The position numbers and the translations under genes were made by a program. A stretch of 64,000 nucleotides of DNA from assembly GCA_965243135.1 (NCBI GenBank), contig OZ251539.1:2080001-2144000 (forward strand). Direction: 5' to 3'. The notes under the pieces were generated by a model. That model worked only from the letters and a program-made list of their open reading frames with translations, ran no database searches and was not told where the DNA came from. Below, in pieces: positions 8,601-17,950 of the stretch. The first letter of the stretch is position 1. Every line of letters begins with the position of its first letter. This DNA is from Alphaproteobacteria bacterium. Its GTDB lineage: Bacteria > Pseudomonadota > Alphaproteobacteria > MPNO01 > UBA830.

Positions 8601-9813
8601 AGGCGAGCGTGACCCTGCCATCGTCGTTCGCCTTTTGCTTCACGGCGTCTCCGTAGATGCGCGGGGTAGCGGTCATGTACAGCCGCTTTTCGCCAGCAAT
8701 GAAGCCGTTGTCGTGAACTCGACGAAAGTTGGACTCGGTTTCGCCGGCGAGAGTCGCACCGGTGGTTCGGTGCGCCTCGTCGCAAATTATCAGGTCGAAC
8801 TTCGGAAGCCCCATCCCCTGCGCTTCGGACACAGAGGGCAGCGATTGGTATGTGGAGAATACGACCGACATGGCGGAGTCGCTCTTGGCGTTGCGGAGTC
8901 GCTCCGCGAGAGTCGCCGCGTCGGTGGACGCGGGCAGAGGCAGGTCGAAAGGCGAGATATCGCCATCGTCGTCCCGCAGCCTGCTCGCGCTAGCGTCAGA
9001 GCATACCGCAAACGGCTTGAGGGGAATGTCCGCATCGTTCACCCAATCTCTGAGCGACTGCGACAGCAGCGATATGGACGGCGTGAGGAACAGAACGTCG
9101 CCGCCAACGCCAGCAACTCTCTCCGCTATGCGGAGCGCCGTGAAAGTCTTGCCGGAACCGCAGGCCATTATCAGCTTGCCGCGCTCATTTTTGGCGAAGC
9201 CTTTGAGCGTGTCTTCCAGTGCCAATTGCTGGTATTCGCGCAGTTCCTTGTTCGCTTTTCGGACCAGCGCTCTTGGACGTGCGAGGCTGAAATCTTCCCA
9301 GTTTATAGACGAATTCTCGAATACTTGCGGACCCCAGCGGGAGACGGGTTTATCACCTCGTCCGCGAAGGGCATCCTCGGAGTTTCTGCCCCATTTGTCG
9401 GTTGTGGAGACAAACACGCCGCCAACGAACTCGTCGGTGGAGTACGCGGCTAAGAATTTGTTGACCTCTGGGAGCGATATGGTCGCACTGGGCGCGTAGA
9501 ACTTACATTGGATGGCTACCAACCCGCCCCTGTCGCGCTCCCTCGCCACGAGGTCTATGCCCGTATCCTGCCGTCCCCTTCTATCTGGATACTCCGACCA
9601 CAGCCAAACCCTGTCGAACCGCAACGCCTGCCCCTTGTCCGTCTCGATGAACGCCTTGACCAGCGCCTCGAATACGCGCCCCTTCTCGGACGAGTTTCGA
9701 GATTTGGACGCCAGAACTTCGAGAACGTTCTGGAAAGAGGTCGGCGGTTCATGCTCGTACTGCGGAAAAAGGACGGACATTCGATTTTGCGGGTCGTTCA
9801 GGTTCATTATCAT
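5464..9813 (-). CDS. Type ISP restriction-modification enzyme (Mrr-like nuclease + SF2 helicase + N6-adenine MTase), frameshifted near the 3' end
   Basis: QDTGIDLVA...AIQCK nuclease; MACGSGKT and DEAH helicase motifs; DPFVGTGTF and NPPW MTase motifs; YNLRGN; LlaGI/LlaBIII architecture. Confidence 0.92.
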   Translation of the reverse strand: MIMNLNDPQNRMSVLFPQYEHEPPTSFQNVLEVLASKSRNSSEKGRVFEALVKAFIETDKGQALRFDRVWLWSEYPDRRGRQDTGIDLVARERDRGGLVAIQCKFYAPSATISLPEVNKFLAAYSTDEFVGGVFVSTTDKWGRNSEDALRGRGDKPVSRWGPQVFENSSINWEDFSLARPRALVRKANKELREYQQLALEDTLKGFAKNERGKLIMACGSGKTFTALRIAERVAGVGGDVLFLTPSISLLSQSLRDWVNDADIPLKPFAVCSDASASRLRDDDGDISPFDLPLPASTDAATLAERLRNAKSDSAMSVVFSTYQSLPSVSEAQGMGLPKFDLIICDEAHRTTGATLAGETESNFRRVHDNGFIAGEKRLYMTATPRIYGDAVKQKANDDGRVTLASMDDEGMFGPEFHRLGFGKAIEMSILSDYKVLIFDVDLQKVGMDLHGLLSESRSELNMENGARMVGCWNALRKRGATGLDFGRDLSPAKRAVAFSNSIAQSEAFAEYFPRVIESCMAADAEEGDSEGQLRCEVRHVDGTQNAMTRSASLAWLREDPDEGCARILTNARCLTEGIDVPALDAIMFLQPRSSEIDVVQAVGRVMRKSAGKRAGYIILPIARAPDSSPQDAVNDGAYKAVWQVINAIAAHDDRFEAKINQLKLVAKTEEPSTGSPAGGDIGVGENVVIDVEQMELPLAISGSPEFRDAILSRVVDKYSNPHYWEQWADKVREIAERHEARIRALLAIPDSGVRPAFDRFLNGLRSNLNDGVTKDEAIGTLSQHLVSKPVFDALFEDYAFVKRNPVSRAMQGVIDALQDHGLERETEGLERFYRDVRIRAEGVTTAAGKQRIIAELYERFLTKALPETAKNLGIAYTPVQVVDYIIRSVENVLNAKFGASLGDADVHVIDPFVGTGTFITRLIQSGFIEREDLQRKYESELHANEIMLLAYYIAMVNIESAYHEAMRANEYAPFGGGVLTDTFQAYEPKAPMDDVLIPSNNERMERQRKLDIRVVIGNPPWSATNNREYPGIDGRVKESYAARSDVNHLAALYDPYVKAIRLASDRILNDKGGVVAFVTNGGFIRSNAFDGFRKAVAEEFDAVYCYNLRGNANTSGDKRQREGGGVFGGATKAGVAILILVKQSAGRGIWYRNIGDCLSREQKLEILGASSLAETDWTDVVPNKHGDWIEQRSDDFQTFHPLSSSDAAGAPGEPAPIFVKRTLGLVTSRDAWAFNSSQQQLQDNIRRSIAYYNDLVVEFRKTNSSGLATVQAAKAKAFVTKNPRRFHWDAKNYRDLAKGECYRVDESGFRVGAYRPFFKQRLYFDRKLNNSIRDFPEIYPDIEAENRGIYITGPGSSVPFSALMTNAISDSGLTSGNGSSPYLPRWRYQRSSLTPPPPPPRNASATSTRGRWRSFARDAAIAASPKMTFSTTSMASYIRRNGAKRSPMI
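5613..5633. repeat. G21/C21 homopolymer inside the Type ISP gene
   Basis: 21 consecutive G on + strand; located at the frame switch. Confidence 0.95.
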
Positions 9814-9829
9814 GTTTCATTTCCCTTAA

Positions 9830-10030
9830 TGTGTTGCTAACCCTGAGCTACAGTTCGGTCACATCGTTCCGCGAATCGAAGATTTTTGCGCGGCAGCCCT
9901 CGCCGCTCGAGATTTCGCGCCGAGGGCGGCCTCGTATCGCCCTGTCATCACGCCCTGATGCCCGAACGAGGAATGGTCACGTCGCGACAGGATAACAGCG
10001 CGAGTCCGGGGGAACCATACCCAAAGTTAT
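9830..10030 (+). repeat. Structured dispersed repeat, copy A
   Basis: Shares AACC.(C/T)GAGC, CGTTCCGCGA, CTCGCCG, GCCCGAACG.GGAA.GGT and GCGCGAG.CCG blocks with copies B and C, and CCATACCC.AAGTTAT with copy C. Confidence 0.75.
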
Positions 10031-10563
10031 ATACTGTCGTTAACGGACGATATGACCGATCCATGTACCAAATGATCTGTCCAGATATGGAACGCTTCCA
10101 GACCAAGGCGGCGGCGGCGGGCGGAACAGTTACAGGGACTGAGGGGGGCGAGAGGTGTCGCACCCGTATGCCGAGCCAAGGCGAAGCGGCATGGGCGTTT
10201 CGGAGCGCACCTTCCGACAATGTCGCAGGGCGAGCCGCCGCGTCCGCGTGCGACACATCCGAAAAATGTCTGTCATCAGTCGGCCAGCCGTTCGCCGAAC
10301 CCCAGCATGATCGGGGACAACACCGGCAGAATCCCGCAGCGTGAACAGGCAGACATGCGCTCCGCCCGGCGCTGTCCTTCTCATTAACCCCGGCCGCCGA
10401 GTGCTGCGTGCCGTCTACGGTGCGGTTTCGTAGCGCCGGACTCGTACTTCGCCGCAATGCTGCTTCCAGGATGCCTCCAGCGTTGTCGACCGCGCCCGGC
10501 AGGTTGAAGGCGAAACTACGGACGGACTGGCCAAGTATCGAGATGCCGGGCTATCCTCGCTGC

Positions 10564-10884
10564 ATGTCAGACAACGTGGTAACGCTCGACCTCGCTCGTT
10601 TCACGGCGACCGACGCCAAAAAGATCGAGGAGCTGCAACGGAAGCTCCGGATGATGCGCAGATGGTGTCGCTTCGACCGGGTCGAGAAGGACGGCGCCGA
10701 GGCGGTCCATCTTTATTCCGGTGACCGGGGCCGGCAACCTTACGCAAGCTATCGGCTTTCCCGTTCGAAAACAGGCGTCTACGAGCTCTTCGACGGCCGA
10801 TCAGGCGACAAGCTGGCCGTCGGAAGAACGGTGGACGACGTCATCGACGCCCTTCCCGAGGATTTCTACCACTCGCGATATTAG
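10564..10884 (+). CDS. Hypothetical protein
   Basis: 106-aa ORF (MSDNVVTLDLARF...) with host-like codon usage. Confidence 0.65.
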   Translation: MSDNVVTLDLARFTATDAKKIEELQRKLRMMRRWCRFDRVEKDGAEAVHLYSGDRGRQPYASYRLSRSKTGVYELFDGRSGDKLAVGRTVDDVIDALPEDFYHSRY

Positions 10885-10928
10885 GGAGGACGCCCTTCCC
10901 CGACGGACTTCGCGCCGAAACCGCGCCG

Positions 10929-11432
10929 TCAGTGGTGGTCTCCCTTCATCGCCCCCGCTGCCTGGACGACGACTCTTGCGGTGCGTTTCCCGGCCTTTTC
11001 GAAAACGAGATCGAGATCGAACCGTTCTCCTTTTTCCAGTGGCTTCCGGAGCCCCATCAACATCAAGTGATACCCGCCCGGACGAAATTCCACCGTCCGG
11101 CCGGCGGGCACGTCCACGCCGTCGACCTTCCGCATGCGAAAGACGCCGTTATCCTCGACATGCGTATGGATCTCTGTGCGTCTCGCGATCTCGCACGCCG
11201 CCGCGATCAGGCGGTCGCTGCGGTTTCCTTCGCCGACCAGCGAAAAATAGACGGCGCTCGTCTTGCCGCGGGAGGCGCGGGCCCAGGGAACGCGGATCGA
11301 AGGGCCGGCCGTCTCGTCGCGCATGTGTTGCGCCTGCTTGCCCGCGCCGTGTTCGTGCGCCGACGCAGGCGCTTCGGCGAAGGCGGCTGCGCCTAGAAGG
11401 ACGCACGTCGCCAGCATGCGAATACTCGTCAT
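10929..11432 (-). CDS. Periplasmic copper chaperone PCu(A)C
   Basis: Signal peptide; WARAS, EIHTH...MRKV, PGGYHLMLMGL. Confidence 0.9.
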   Translation of the reverse strand: MTSIRMLATCVLLGAAAFAEAPASAHEHGAGKQAQHMRDETAGPSIRVPWARASRGKTSAVYFSLVGEGNRSDRLIAAACEIARRTEIHTHVEDNGVFRMRKVDGVDVPAGRTVEFRPGGYHLMLMGLRKPLEKGERFDLDLVFEKAGKRTARVVVQAAGAMKGDHH

Positions 11433-11570
11433 GTCCGACTTCTCCGTGTCTTGCGGCCCTGCGCAGGGCGGACGCGGCGGCCGAATGCGCCGCCGGCCCG
11501 CAACGCGCCGCGCCCGAACGGCGAAACGAATCACCCGCGTTGTCGCCTGCGCGGAACCCGAACGCCGGCG

Positions 11571-12764
11571 TCAGCGGGAAGCCGCGCTCGCCTTTCCTCC
11601 CTGCCGCAACAATTTCATTCCGGTCTCCAGCCCCTCGGTCGTCAGCGGGAACATTCGTCCGTCGAGTATCCTGTAGGTGATTCGTATGCTCGGGGTCGGC
11701 ATCCAGCGTTCGGGCGGCGTGGGATTGAACCAGACCGCATTGGGATAGGCGGCGAGGAACCGACGCAGCCAGACCTCGCCCGGCTCCTCGTTCCAATGCT
11801 CGATCGAACCGCCCACTTCGGAGATTTCGTATGGACTCATCGTGGCGTCGCCGACGAAGATGACCTTCCAGTCGGGACCGTAGGTATTCATCAGTTCCCA
11901 GGTCGGAATCCATTCGTTGTAGCCGCGCCTGTCATGCCGCCACACGCGTTCGTAAAGGAAATTGTGGAAATAGTAATACTCGAGATGCTTGAACTCGGAG
12001 CGCGCCGCGGAAAAAAGCTCCTCCGAAATCCTGACGAAGCTGTCCATCGAACCGCCGATATCGAACAGCGTGAGAACCTTGACCTTGTTCTTCCGCTCGG
12101 GCCGCATCTTTATGTCCAGCATGCCCGCGTGATCCGCGGTGGAACGGATCGTGCCGTCCAGGTCGAATTCCTCCTCGGCGCCCTCGCGAACGAACTTGCG
12201 CAACTTGCGCAAGGCGATCTTGATATTGCGGGTGCCGAGTTCCACGTCGCCCTTGAGGCTCCGGAACTCTCGCTTCTGCCACACCTTGGTCGCGCTCTTG
12301 CCGCCGCCCTCGCCGCCGATGCGCACGCCGGCGGGGTTGCGTCCGGAGTTTCCGAATGGCGAGGTGCCGCCGGTCCCGATCCACCTGTTGCCGCCGTGAT
12401 GGGCGCGATTCTGTTCCTGCAGCCGCTTGGCGAGTTCGTCCATCAGTTCGCGAAAGTTCATGGCCTCGATTTCGTTCTTGTCGAACAGTTCGCGCGCGAG
12501 GCCGCGCAGCCAGTCCTCGGGAATTTCCTCCTCCAGAAGTCCCGATGTCTTGTTCATCGCGCCCTTGAAGAAATTCTCGAACACGAGATCGAAGGTGTCG
12601 AACCAGCGCTCGTCCTTCACCAGGGCGGCGCGGGCCAGGAAATAGAACTCGTCGACCCCGGCGCGAGCCACTCCTTTGTCCAGCGCCTCGAGAAAGGTCA
12701 GATACTCCCGGATCGTAACCGGGATCCGGGCTGAGCGCAGTTGATAGAAGAAATCGACGAACAT
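11571..12764 (-). CDS. vWA-domain (CoxE-like) protein
   Basis: HHGGNRWIGTGGTSPFG, DIGGSM MIDAS motif, FVGDATMSPYE. Confidence 0.9.
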   Translation of the reverse strand: MFVDFFYQLRSARIPVTIREYLTFLEALDKGVARAGVDEFYFLARAALVKDERWFDTFDLVFENFFKGAMNKTSGLLEEEIPEDWLRGLARELFDKNEIEAMNFRELMDELAKRLQEQNRAHHGGNRWIGTGGTSPFGNSGRNPAGVRIGGEGGGKSATKVWQKREFRSLKGDVELGTRNIKIALRKLRKFVREGAEEEFDLDGTIRSTADHAGMLDIKMRPERKNKVKVLTLFDIGGSMDSFVRISEELFSAARSEFKHLEYYYFHNFLYERVWRHDRRGYNEWIPTWELMNTYGPDWKVIFVGDATMSPYEISEVGGSIEHWNEEPGEVWLRRFLAAYPNAVWFNPTPPERWMPTPSIRITYRILDGRMFPLTTEGLETGMKLLRQGGKASAASR

Positions 12765-12783
12765 GGAACGTCCTGCGGCGCGC

Positions 12784-13626
12784 CTACGCCCCCTGCCGTC
12801 GCGACATGAACGCGAGGCGCTCGAACAGATGCACGTCCTGCTCGTTCTTGAGCAGCGCGCCGTAGAGCTGAGGGATGGCTTTCGTGGAATCGGCGCGCAG
12901 CGCATCCGGATCGATGTCTTCGGCAAGCAGCAGCTTGATCCAGTCGAGAAGTTCCGATGTCGACGGTTTCTTTTTCAGTCCGTTGACGCCGCGAACGGAG
13001 AAAAACACTTCCAGCGATTCCTTGAGCAGGCGCTTCTTCATGCCGGGAAAATGGACCTCGACGATCTTTTCCATGGTCTCGCGTTCGGGAAAGCGGATGT
13101 AATGAAAGAAGCAACGGCGCAAAAACGCGTCCGGCAGTTCCTTTTCGTTGTTCGACGTGATGATCACGACCGGCCTGCATATCGCCCGAACCGTCTCCTG
13201 AGTTTCGTAGACGTAAAACTCCATGCGATCGAGTTCCCGCAGCAGATCGTTCGGGAACTCGATGTCGGCCTTGTCCACCTCGTCGATGAGCAGCACGGCC
13301 TGCTTCTCCGAGGTGAACGCCTCCCAAAGCATGCCCCTCTTGATGTAATTGCGGATGTCGTGGACGCGATCGTCGCCCAACTGGGAATCGCGCAGCCGCG
13401 ACACGGCATCGTACTCGTAGAGGCCGTGATTCGCCTTGGTGGTCGACTTCACGTGCCACTCGAAGAACGGCATGTCCAGCGCCGCCGCGACCTCCATCGC
13501 GAGCAGGGTTTTTCCCGTTCCGGGTTCGCCCTTGACGAGAAGCGGGCGTTCGAGGGTGATCGCGGCGTTCACCGCGGTCATTAGGTCGTCTGTCGCGACA
13601 TAGGTGTCGGTGCCGGTGAACTTCAT
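12784..13626 (-). CDS. MoxR-family AAA+ ATPase
   Basis: GEPGTGKT Walker A, LLIDEVDKAD Walker B, ELPDAFLRRC. Confidence 0.92.
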   Translation of the reverse strand: MKFTGTDTYVATDDLMTAVNAAITLERPLLVKGEPGTGKTLLAMEVAAALDMPFFEWHVKSTTKANHGLYEYDAVSRLRDSQLGDDRVHDIRNYIKRGMLWEAFTSEKQAVLLIDEVDKADIEFPNDLLRELDRMEFYVYETQETVRAICRPVVIITSNNEKELPDAFLRRCFFHYIRFPERETMEKIVEVHFPGMKKRLLKESLEVFFSVRGVNGLKKKPSTSELLDWIKLLLAEDIDPDALRADSTKAIPQLYGALLKNEQDVHLFERLAFMSRRQGA

Positions 13627-13702
13627 GCTGCGCACTTCTTGACTGGGGGAGGTTTCTGCAACCTAATGCACCCCCTGCCCTCGATCAAGCGAAACTGCTG
13701 CC

Positions 13703-14158
13703 ATGATATCCGTCGCCCTCGCTCTCCACCTGCTCGCCGCCACCGTCTGGGTGGGCGGCATGTTCTTCGCGATCTTGGTGCTGCGCCCGGCGGCCGGCGA
13801 GATGGAGCCTGCGGTGCGCGCGCCGCTCTGGGGGCGGGTGTTCGCGAAGTTCTTTCCATGGGTCTGGACGGCGGTGGCGATCCTGCTCGCGACCGGATAC
13901 TGGATGATCTTCAGCGTCTGGGGAGGTTTCGGCGCCCTGCCCCTCCACGGGCATCTGATGCACGGCATCGGATGGATCATGGTCGCCATCTACCTTCTTT
14001 TGTGGTTCGCGCCCTACAAGCGGTTCCGGACGGCACTGAGCGAAGGCGACATTCCGGGCGCTGGCCGGCAGCTCAACCGGATACGCCAACTGGTGACGAC
14101 GAATCTCGCGATAGGCCTGATCAACGCGGCGATCGGCGCGACCGGCCGGTACTGGTGA
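13703..14158 (+). CDS. CopD-like/DUF4149 membrane protein
   Basis: HLLAATVWVGGMFFA; four TM helices. Confidence 0.75.
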   Translation: MISVALALHLLAATVWVGGMFFAILVLRPAAGEMEPAVRAPLWGRVFAKFFPWVWTAVAILLATGYWMIFSVWGGFGALPLHGHLMHGIGWIMVAIYLLLWFAPYKRFRTALSEGDIPGAGRQLNRIRQLVTTNLAIGLINAAIGATGRYW

Positions 14159-14305
14159 AGAGGCTGGCGCGGAACGGCGCGTTGGGGCGGACGCGCCGAC
14201 AAACCCAGTTTCGGCCTCGGAAACGTCCGCCGCAGCCCTGTCGGCAGGGTTGCCCCGTTCGCCGGCGCGCTTCATAAAGAAGCGGTCTGCAACGGAGAAA
14301 GCCGC

Positions 14306-15289
14306 ATGAAAACACGCAAGCTCGGCAACAGCGACCTCGAGGTTTCGGAAATCGGCCTCGGCTGCATGACCATGACCGGAATCTACGGCCCCGCGGACGA
14401 TGGGGAATCGGTCGCGACGATACGTTCGGCGCTCGACGCTGGCGTCAACTTCGTCGATACGGCGGACGCCTACGGCAACGGCTCCAACGAGGAGCTCGTC
14501 GGCCGCGCGATCGCCGGGCGGCGCGACGAGACGGTGCTCGCGACCAAGTTCGGCAACATTTACGCGCGCGACCCGGACCGCGGCGCGGACGGCAGGCCGG
14601 AATACGTGCGGGAAGCTTGCGATGCCAGCCTTCGGCGCCTCGGCGTCGAGGTCATCGACCTCTACTTTCAGCACCGCGTCGACCGCGAGGTGCCGATCGA
14701 AGAAACGGTGGGCGCGATGGCCGATCTCGTGAAGGAAGGAAAGGTGCGCTGTCTCGGGTTGTCGGAGTGCTCGTCCGAAACCCTGCGCCGGGCGCACCGG
14801 GTCCACCCGATTTCGGCGCTCCAGAGCGAGTTGTCGCTTTGGACCCGGTTCGCGTTGACCGACCAGATCGTCGTCTGCCGCGAACTCGGCGTCACTTACG
14901 TGGCCTATTCCCCGCTCGGTCGCGGAATGCTGACCGGAGCCATCGGGAGCGAGGCCGACATGCCGGCGAAGGATCGGCGCCGCGATCACCCGCGCTTCCA
15001 GGGCGACAACCTGAAGCACAACGTGGCGATCGCCGCGCCGATCAAGGCGCTCGCCGCCGCGAAGGGCTGCACGCCCGCGCAGATCGCGCTCGCCTGGGTT
15101 CTCGCCCAGGGCCCGGATATCCTGCCCATTCCCGGATGCAAGCGAGTCCGGCACCTGGAACTCAACGTCGCGGCCGCGGAAATGGAACTCGCCGACGACG
15201 AACTTGAGGAACTGAACGACTCGATACCGCCGGACTTCGTCACGGGCAACCGCTATCCGGACGCGCAGATGTGGACGGTCGATCTCTGA
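14306..15289 (+). CDS. Aldo/keto reductase
   Basis: [30 protein letters not shown]. Confidence 0.95.
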   Translation: MKTRKLGNSDLEVSEIGLGCMTMTGIYGPADDGESVATIRSALDAGVNFVDTADAYGNGSNEELVGRAIAGRRDETVLATKFGNIYARDPDRGADGRPEYVREACDASLRRLGVEVIDLYFQHRVDREVPIEETVGAMADLVKEGKVRCLGLSECSSETLRRAHRVHPISALQSELSLWTRFALTDQIVVCRELGVTYVAYSPLGRGMLTGAIGSEADMPAKDRRRDHPRFQGDNLKHNVAIAAPIKALAAAKGCTPAQIALAWVLAQGPDILPIPGCKRVRHLELNVAAAEMELADDELEELNDSIPPDFVTGNRYPDAQMWTVDL

Positions 15290-15300
15290 AGAGCTCCCGC

Positions 15301-15885
15301 ATGCCCGACGGCGTCGAAATCGTCGAGCGGAAGTCCGTCCGCGACGGCTACGCGCAGGTCTGCGAGTACCGGCTGCGGCACCGGCTGTACGACGGAGGCT
15401 GGTCGGGCGAAATCAAGCGGGAACTGGTGGAGCGCGGAAACGCCGTCGCCGTGCTTCCCTACGACCCGCGGCGCGACCGGGTCGTGCTGGTCGAGCAGTT
15501 CCGCATCGGGGCTTACGCGGCGGGACTGCCGCCGTGGCAGCGGGAGATCCCGGCGGGCATGGTCGAAGGCGGCGAACCGGAAGACGGCGTCGCCCGGCGG
15601 GAAACGCGCGAGGAATGCGGCTGCGAAGTCCGGAAACTGCATCGAATCTGTCGCGTCCTTTCGAGTTCCGGGATATTGTCCGAAATCGTCGCCATCTACT
15701 GCGGCATAGTGGACGCTTCGGAAGCGGGCGCGGCCTGCGGGCTCGCCGACGAAGACATACGCGTGACGACGCTCGCGGCGGAAGACGCGCTGCGGCCGGA
15801 CGCCTCTTTCCATTACGCTCCAGGCGTCATCGCGCTTCAGTGGCTGGCGGCGAACCGCGCGAGGCTGCGGAAGGAGGAGTACTGA
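15301..15885 (+). CDS. nudF: ADP-ribose pyrophosphatase (NUDIX)
   Basis: RELVERGNAVAVLPYDP, EQFRIG, Nudix box GMVEGGE...ARRETREECG. Confidence 0.85.
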   Translation: MPDGVEIVERKSVRDGYAQVCEYRLRHRLYDGGWSGEIKRELVERGNAVAVLPYDPRRDRVVLVEQFRIGAYAAGLPPWQREIPAGMVEGGEPEDGVARRETREECGCEVRKLHRICRVLSSSGILSEIVAIYCGIVDASEAGAACGLADEDIRVTTLAAEDALRPDASFHYAPGVIALQWLAANRARLRKEEY

Positions 15886-15886
15886 C

Positions 15887-16723
15887 ATGGCCGCTCTCGT
15901 AGGAACCGACTGGCTGGGCCCGCGGCTCGGCCAACCCGGAATCAGGATCGTCGACGCCACCTGGTACCTGCCCGCCGCCGGGCGCATGAGCATCGAGGAC
16001 TACCGGGAAGGCCACGTTCCCGGCGCTGCGTTCTGGGACATCGATGCCGTCGCCGACCCGGATTCGCCGCTCCCCCATATGCTTCCGGACGAACCGGGGT
16101 TCTCCGCTCACATGGAACGCATGGGGATTTCGAACGACGACCATGTGGTGGTCTACGACAATGTCGGCATGATGACCTCGCCGCGCGCATGGTGGTCCCT
16201 GCGGGCCTTCGGTCACGAACGGGTCTCCGTGCTGGACGGCGGCATGTCCAAATGGCGCGCCGAGGGCAGGCCGATCGAAGCCGGCGCGCCGTCTGCAGCG
16301 CCGGGATCCTACGCGGCGCGGCTCGATCCTTCTCTGGTCCGGTCGATCGGCGACATATTCGACAATGTCGAAACCGGAACGGCGCAAATCCTCGACGCGC
16401 GCTCCGCCGGACGCTTTGCCGGCGCGGAGCCCGAACCCCGCCCTAACTGCCGGCCCGGACATATTCCGGGCAGCCTCAACCTGCCTTTCGGCGATCTGAT
16501 CGACCCCGAAACCGGCTCGTTCCGGCGCGGCGGAGATCTCGCGGCGCGCTTCGCCGCCTCGGGCCTCGACGCCGAAAGGCCGGTCATCGCCAGTTGCGGA
16601 TCGGGCGTAACCGCCTGCGTCCTCGCGCTCGGCCTCCACCTGCTCGACAGAGAGAACGTCGCGGTCTACGACGGATCGTGGTCGGAATGGGGAAGCCGCG
16701 ACGATACGCCGGTGGAAACCTGA
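15887..16723 (+). CDS. sseA: 3-mercaptopyruvate sulfurtransferase
   Basis: Two rhodanese domains; CGSGVTA active site; YDGSWSEW. Confidence 0.93.
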   Translation: MAALVGTDWLGPRLGQPGIRIVDATWYLPAAGRMSIEDYREGHVPGAAFWDIDAVADPDSPLPHMLPDEPGFSAHMERMGISNDDHVVVYDNVGMMTSPRAWWSLRAFGHERVSVLDGGMSKWRAEGRPIEAGAPSAAPGSYAARLDPSLVRSIGDIFDNVETGTAQILDARSAGRFAGAEPEPRPNCRPGHIPGSLNLPFGDLIDPETGSFRRGGDLAARFAASGLDAERPVIASCGSGVTACVLALGLHLLDRENVAVYDGSWSEWGSRDDTPVET

Positions 16724-16774
16724 GCCCGGAGACGCTATGGTGCGGCGACTTCCCGTCTCCCGGTTTCGGAATCC

Positions 16775-17950
16775 ATGAAAGAAGACACCAAGATCGCCCA
16801 TAAGGGACGCGATCCCGAATCAAATCACGGAATCATCAATCCGCCAGTCTACCACGCCTCGACCATCGCCTGGGGATCGGTCGCGGAAATGAAGCGCCGG
16901 CGCGCCCATCGCTGGGAACCCGGCGTCTACACCTACGGCCGCCACGGAACGCCGACCCACGACGCGCTCGAGGAGGCCTTCGCGGCGGTGTCGGGCGGAT
17001 ACAGGTCGGTCGCCGTCTCTTCCGGGCTCGCCGCGATCAACGCCGCCATGCTCGCCTTTCTGAAACAGGGCGACCACGTGTTGATGGTCGACAGCGTCTA
17101 CGGTCCCGCCCGGAATTTCTGCGACAACGTCGTCGGACGTTTCGGCGTCGAGACGACCTATTACGACCCCGCAGTCGGCGCCGGAATCGGAAACCTGATC
17201 CGCGACAACACGAAAATCGTCTACGTCGAAGCGCCGGGATCGCTGACGTTCGAGATGCAGGACATTCCGGCGATCTCGGAGGAAGCGCACCGGGCCGGCT
17301 GCGTGGTGATCATGGACGACACCTGGTCGTCCGGCATCTATTTCAAGCCGTTCGAACACGGAGTGGACGTATCGGCGCTGGCGGCGACGAAATACGTCGT
17401 CGGGCATTCGGACGTCATGATGGGACTGATCACGACGACCGAGGAATGCTGGGACCGCGTTCGCCCCTCGGCGGCCGTGCTGGGCGCGAATTCCGGTCCG
17501 GACGACGTCTACCTGACGCTCAGGGGACTCCGCACCGTCAAGGTGCGGCTGGCGCGTCACCAGGAAACGGGATTCGCTCTCGCCAGATGGCTCCAGGCGC
17601 GTCCCGAAGTGGACCGCGTCCTGCATCCCGGACTGCCCGAGTTTCCCGGTCACGATCTGTGGAAACGCGATTTCACCGGCGCGAGCGGATTGTTCTCGTT
17701 CGTTCTCGGGGACGGGCATTCCGAGGAACGGATCGCGGCGATGCTCGACGGCATGCGGTTCTTCGCGATGGGGGCGAGTTGGGGCGGCTTCGAGAGCCTG
17801 ATCATACCCGCGGATCCGAGTTCCAACAGGACCGCCACGGAATGGAAGGGTCCGGGCCAGCTGATCCGAGTCCACGCCGGCCTCGAGGATCCCGAGGACC
17901 TGATCGCCGATCTCGAAGCCGGCTTCCGCCGACTGAACGGCGATGCCTGA
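16775..17950 (+). CDS. metC: Cystathionine beta-lyase
   Basis: [29 protein letters not shown] (PLP lysine), SWGGFESL. Confidence 0.93.
   Translation: MKEDTKIAHKGRDPESNHGIINPPVYHASTIAWGSVAEMKRRRAHRWEPGVYTYGRHGTPTHDALEEAFAAVSGGYRSVAVSSGLAAINAAMLAFLKQGDHVLMVDSVYGPARNFCDNVVGRFGVETTYYDPAVGAGIGNLIRDNTKIVYVEAPGSLTFEMQDIPAISEEAHRAGCVVIMDDTWSSGIYFKPFEHGVDVSALAATKYVVGHSDVMMGLITTTEECWDRVRPSAAVLGANSGPDDVYLTLRGLRTVKVRLARHQETGFALARWLQARPEVDRVLHPGLPEFPGHDLWKRDFTGASGLFSFVLGDGHSEERIAAMLDGMRFFAMGASWGGFESLIIPADPSSNRTATEWKGPGQLIRVHAGLEDPEDLIADLEAGFRRLNGDA

Noticed and set aside
10001-10018. CGAGTCCGGGGGAACCA resembling the tRNA-Asn 3' end (possible attR)
   Set aside because: The match is gapped and short, and the segment is explained as part of repeat copy A (homologous to CGAGGCCGGAAGAGCCA in copy C).
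10031-10560. Short ORFs between repeat A and the hypothetical gene (possible integrase remnant)
   Set aside because: No recognisable recombinase motifs in any listed frame; left unannotated.
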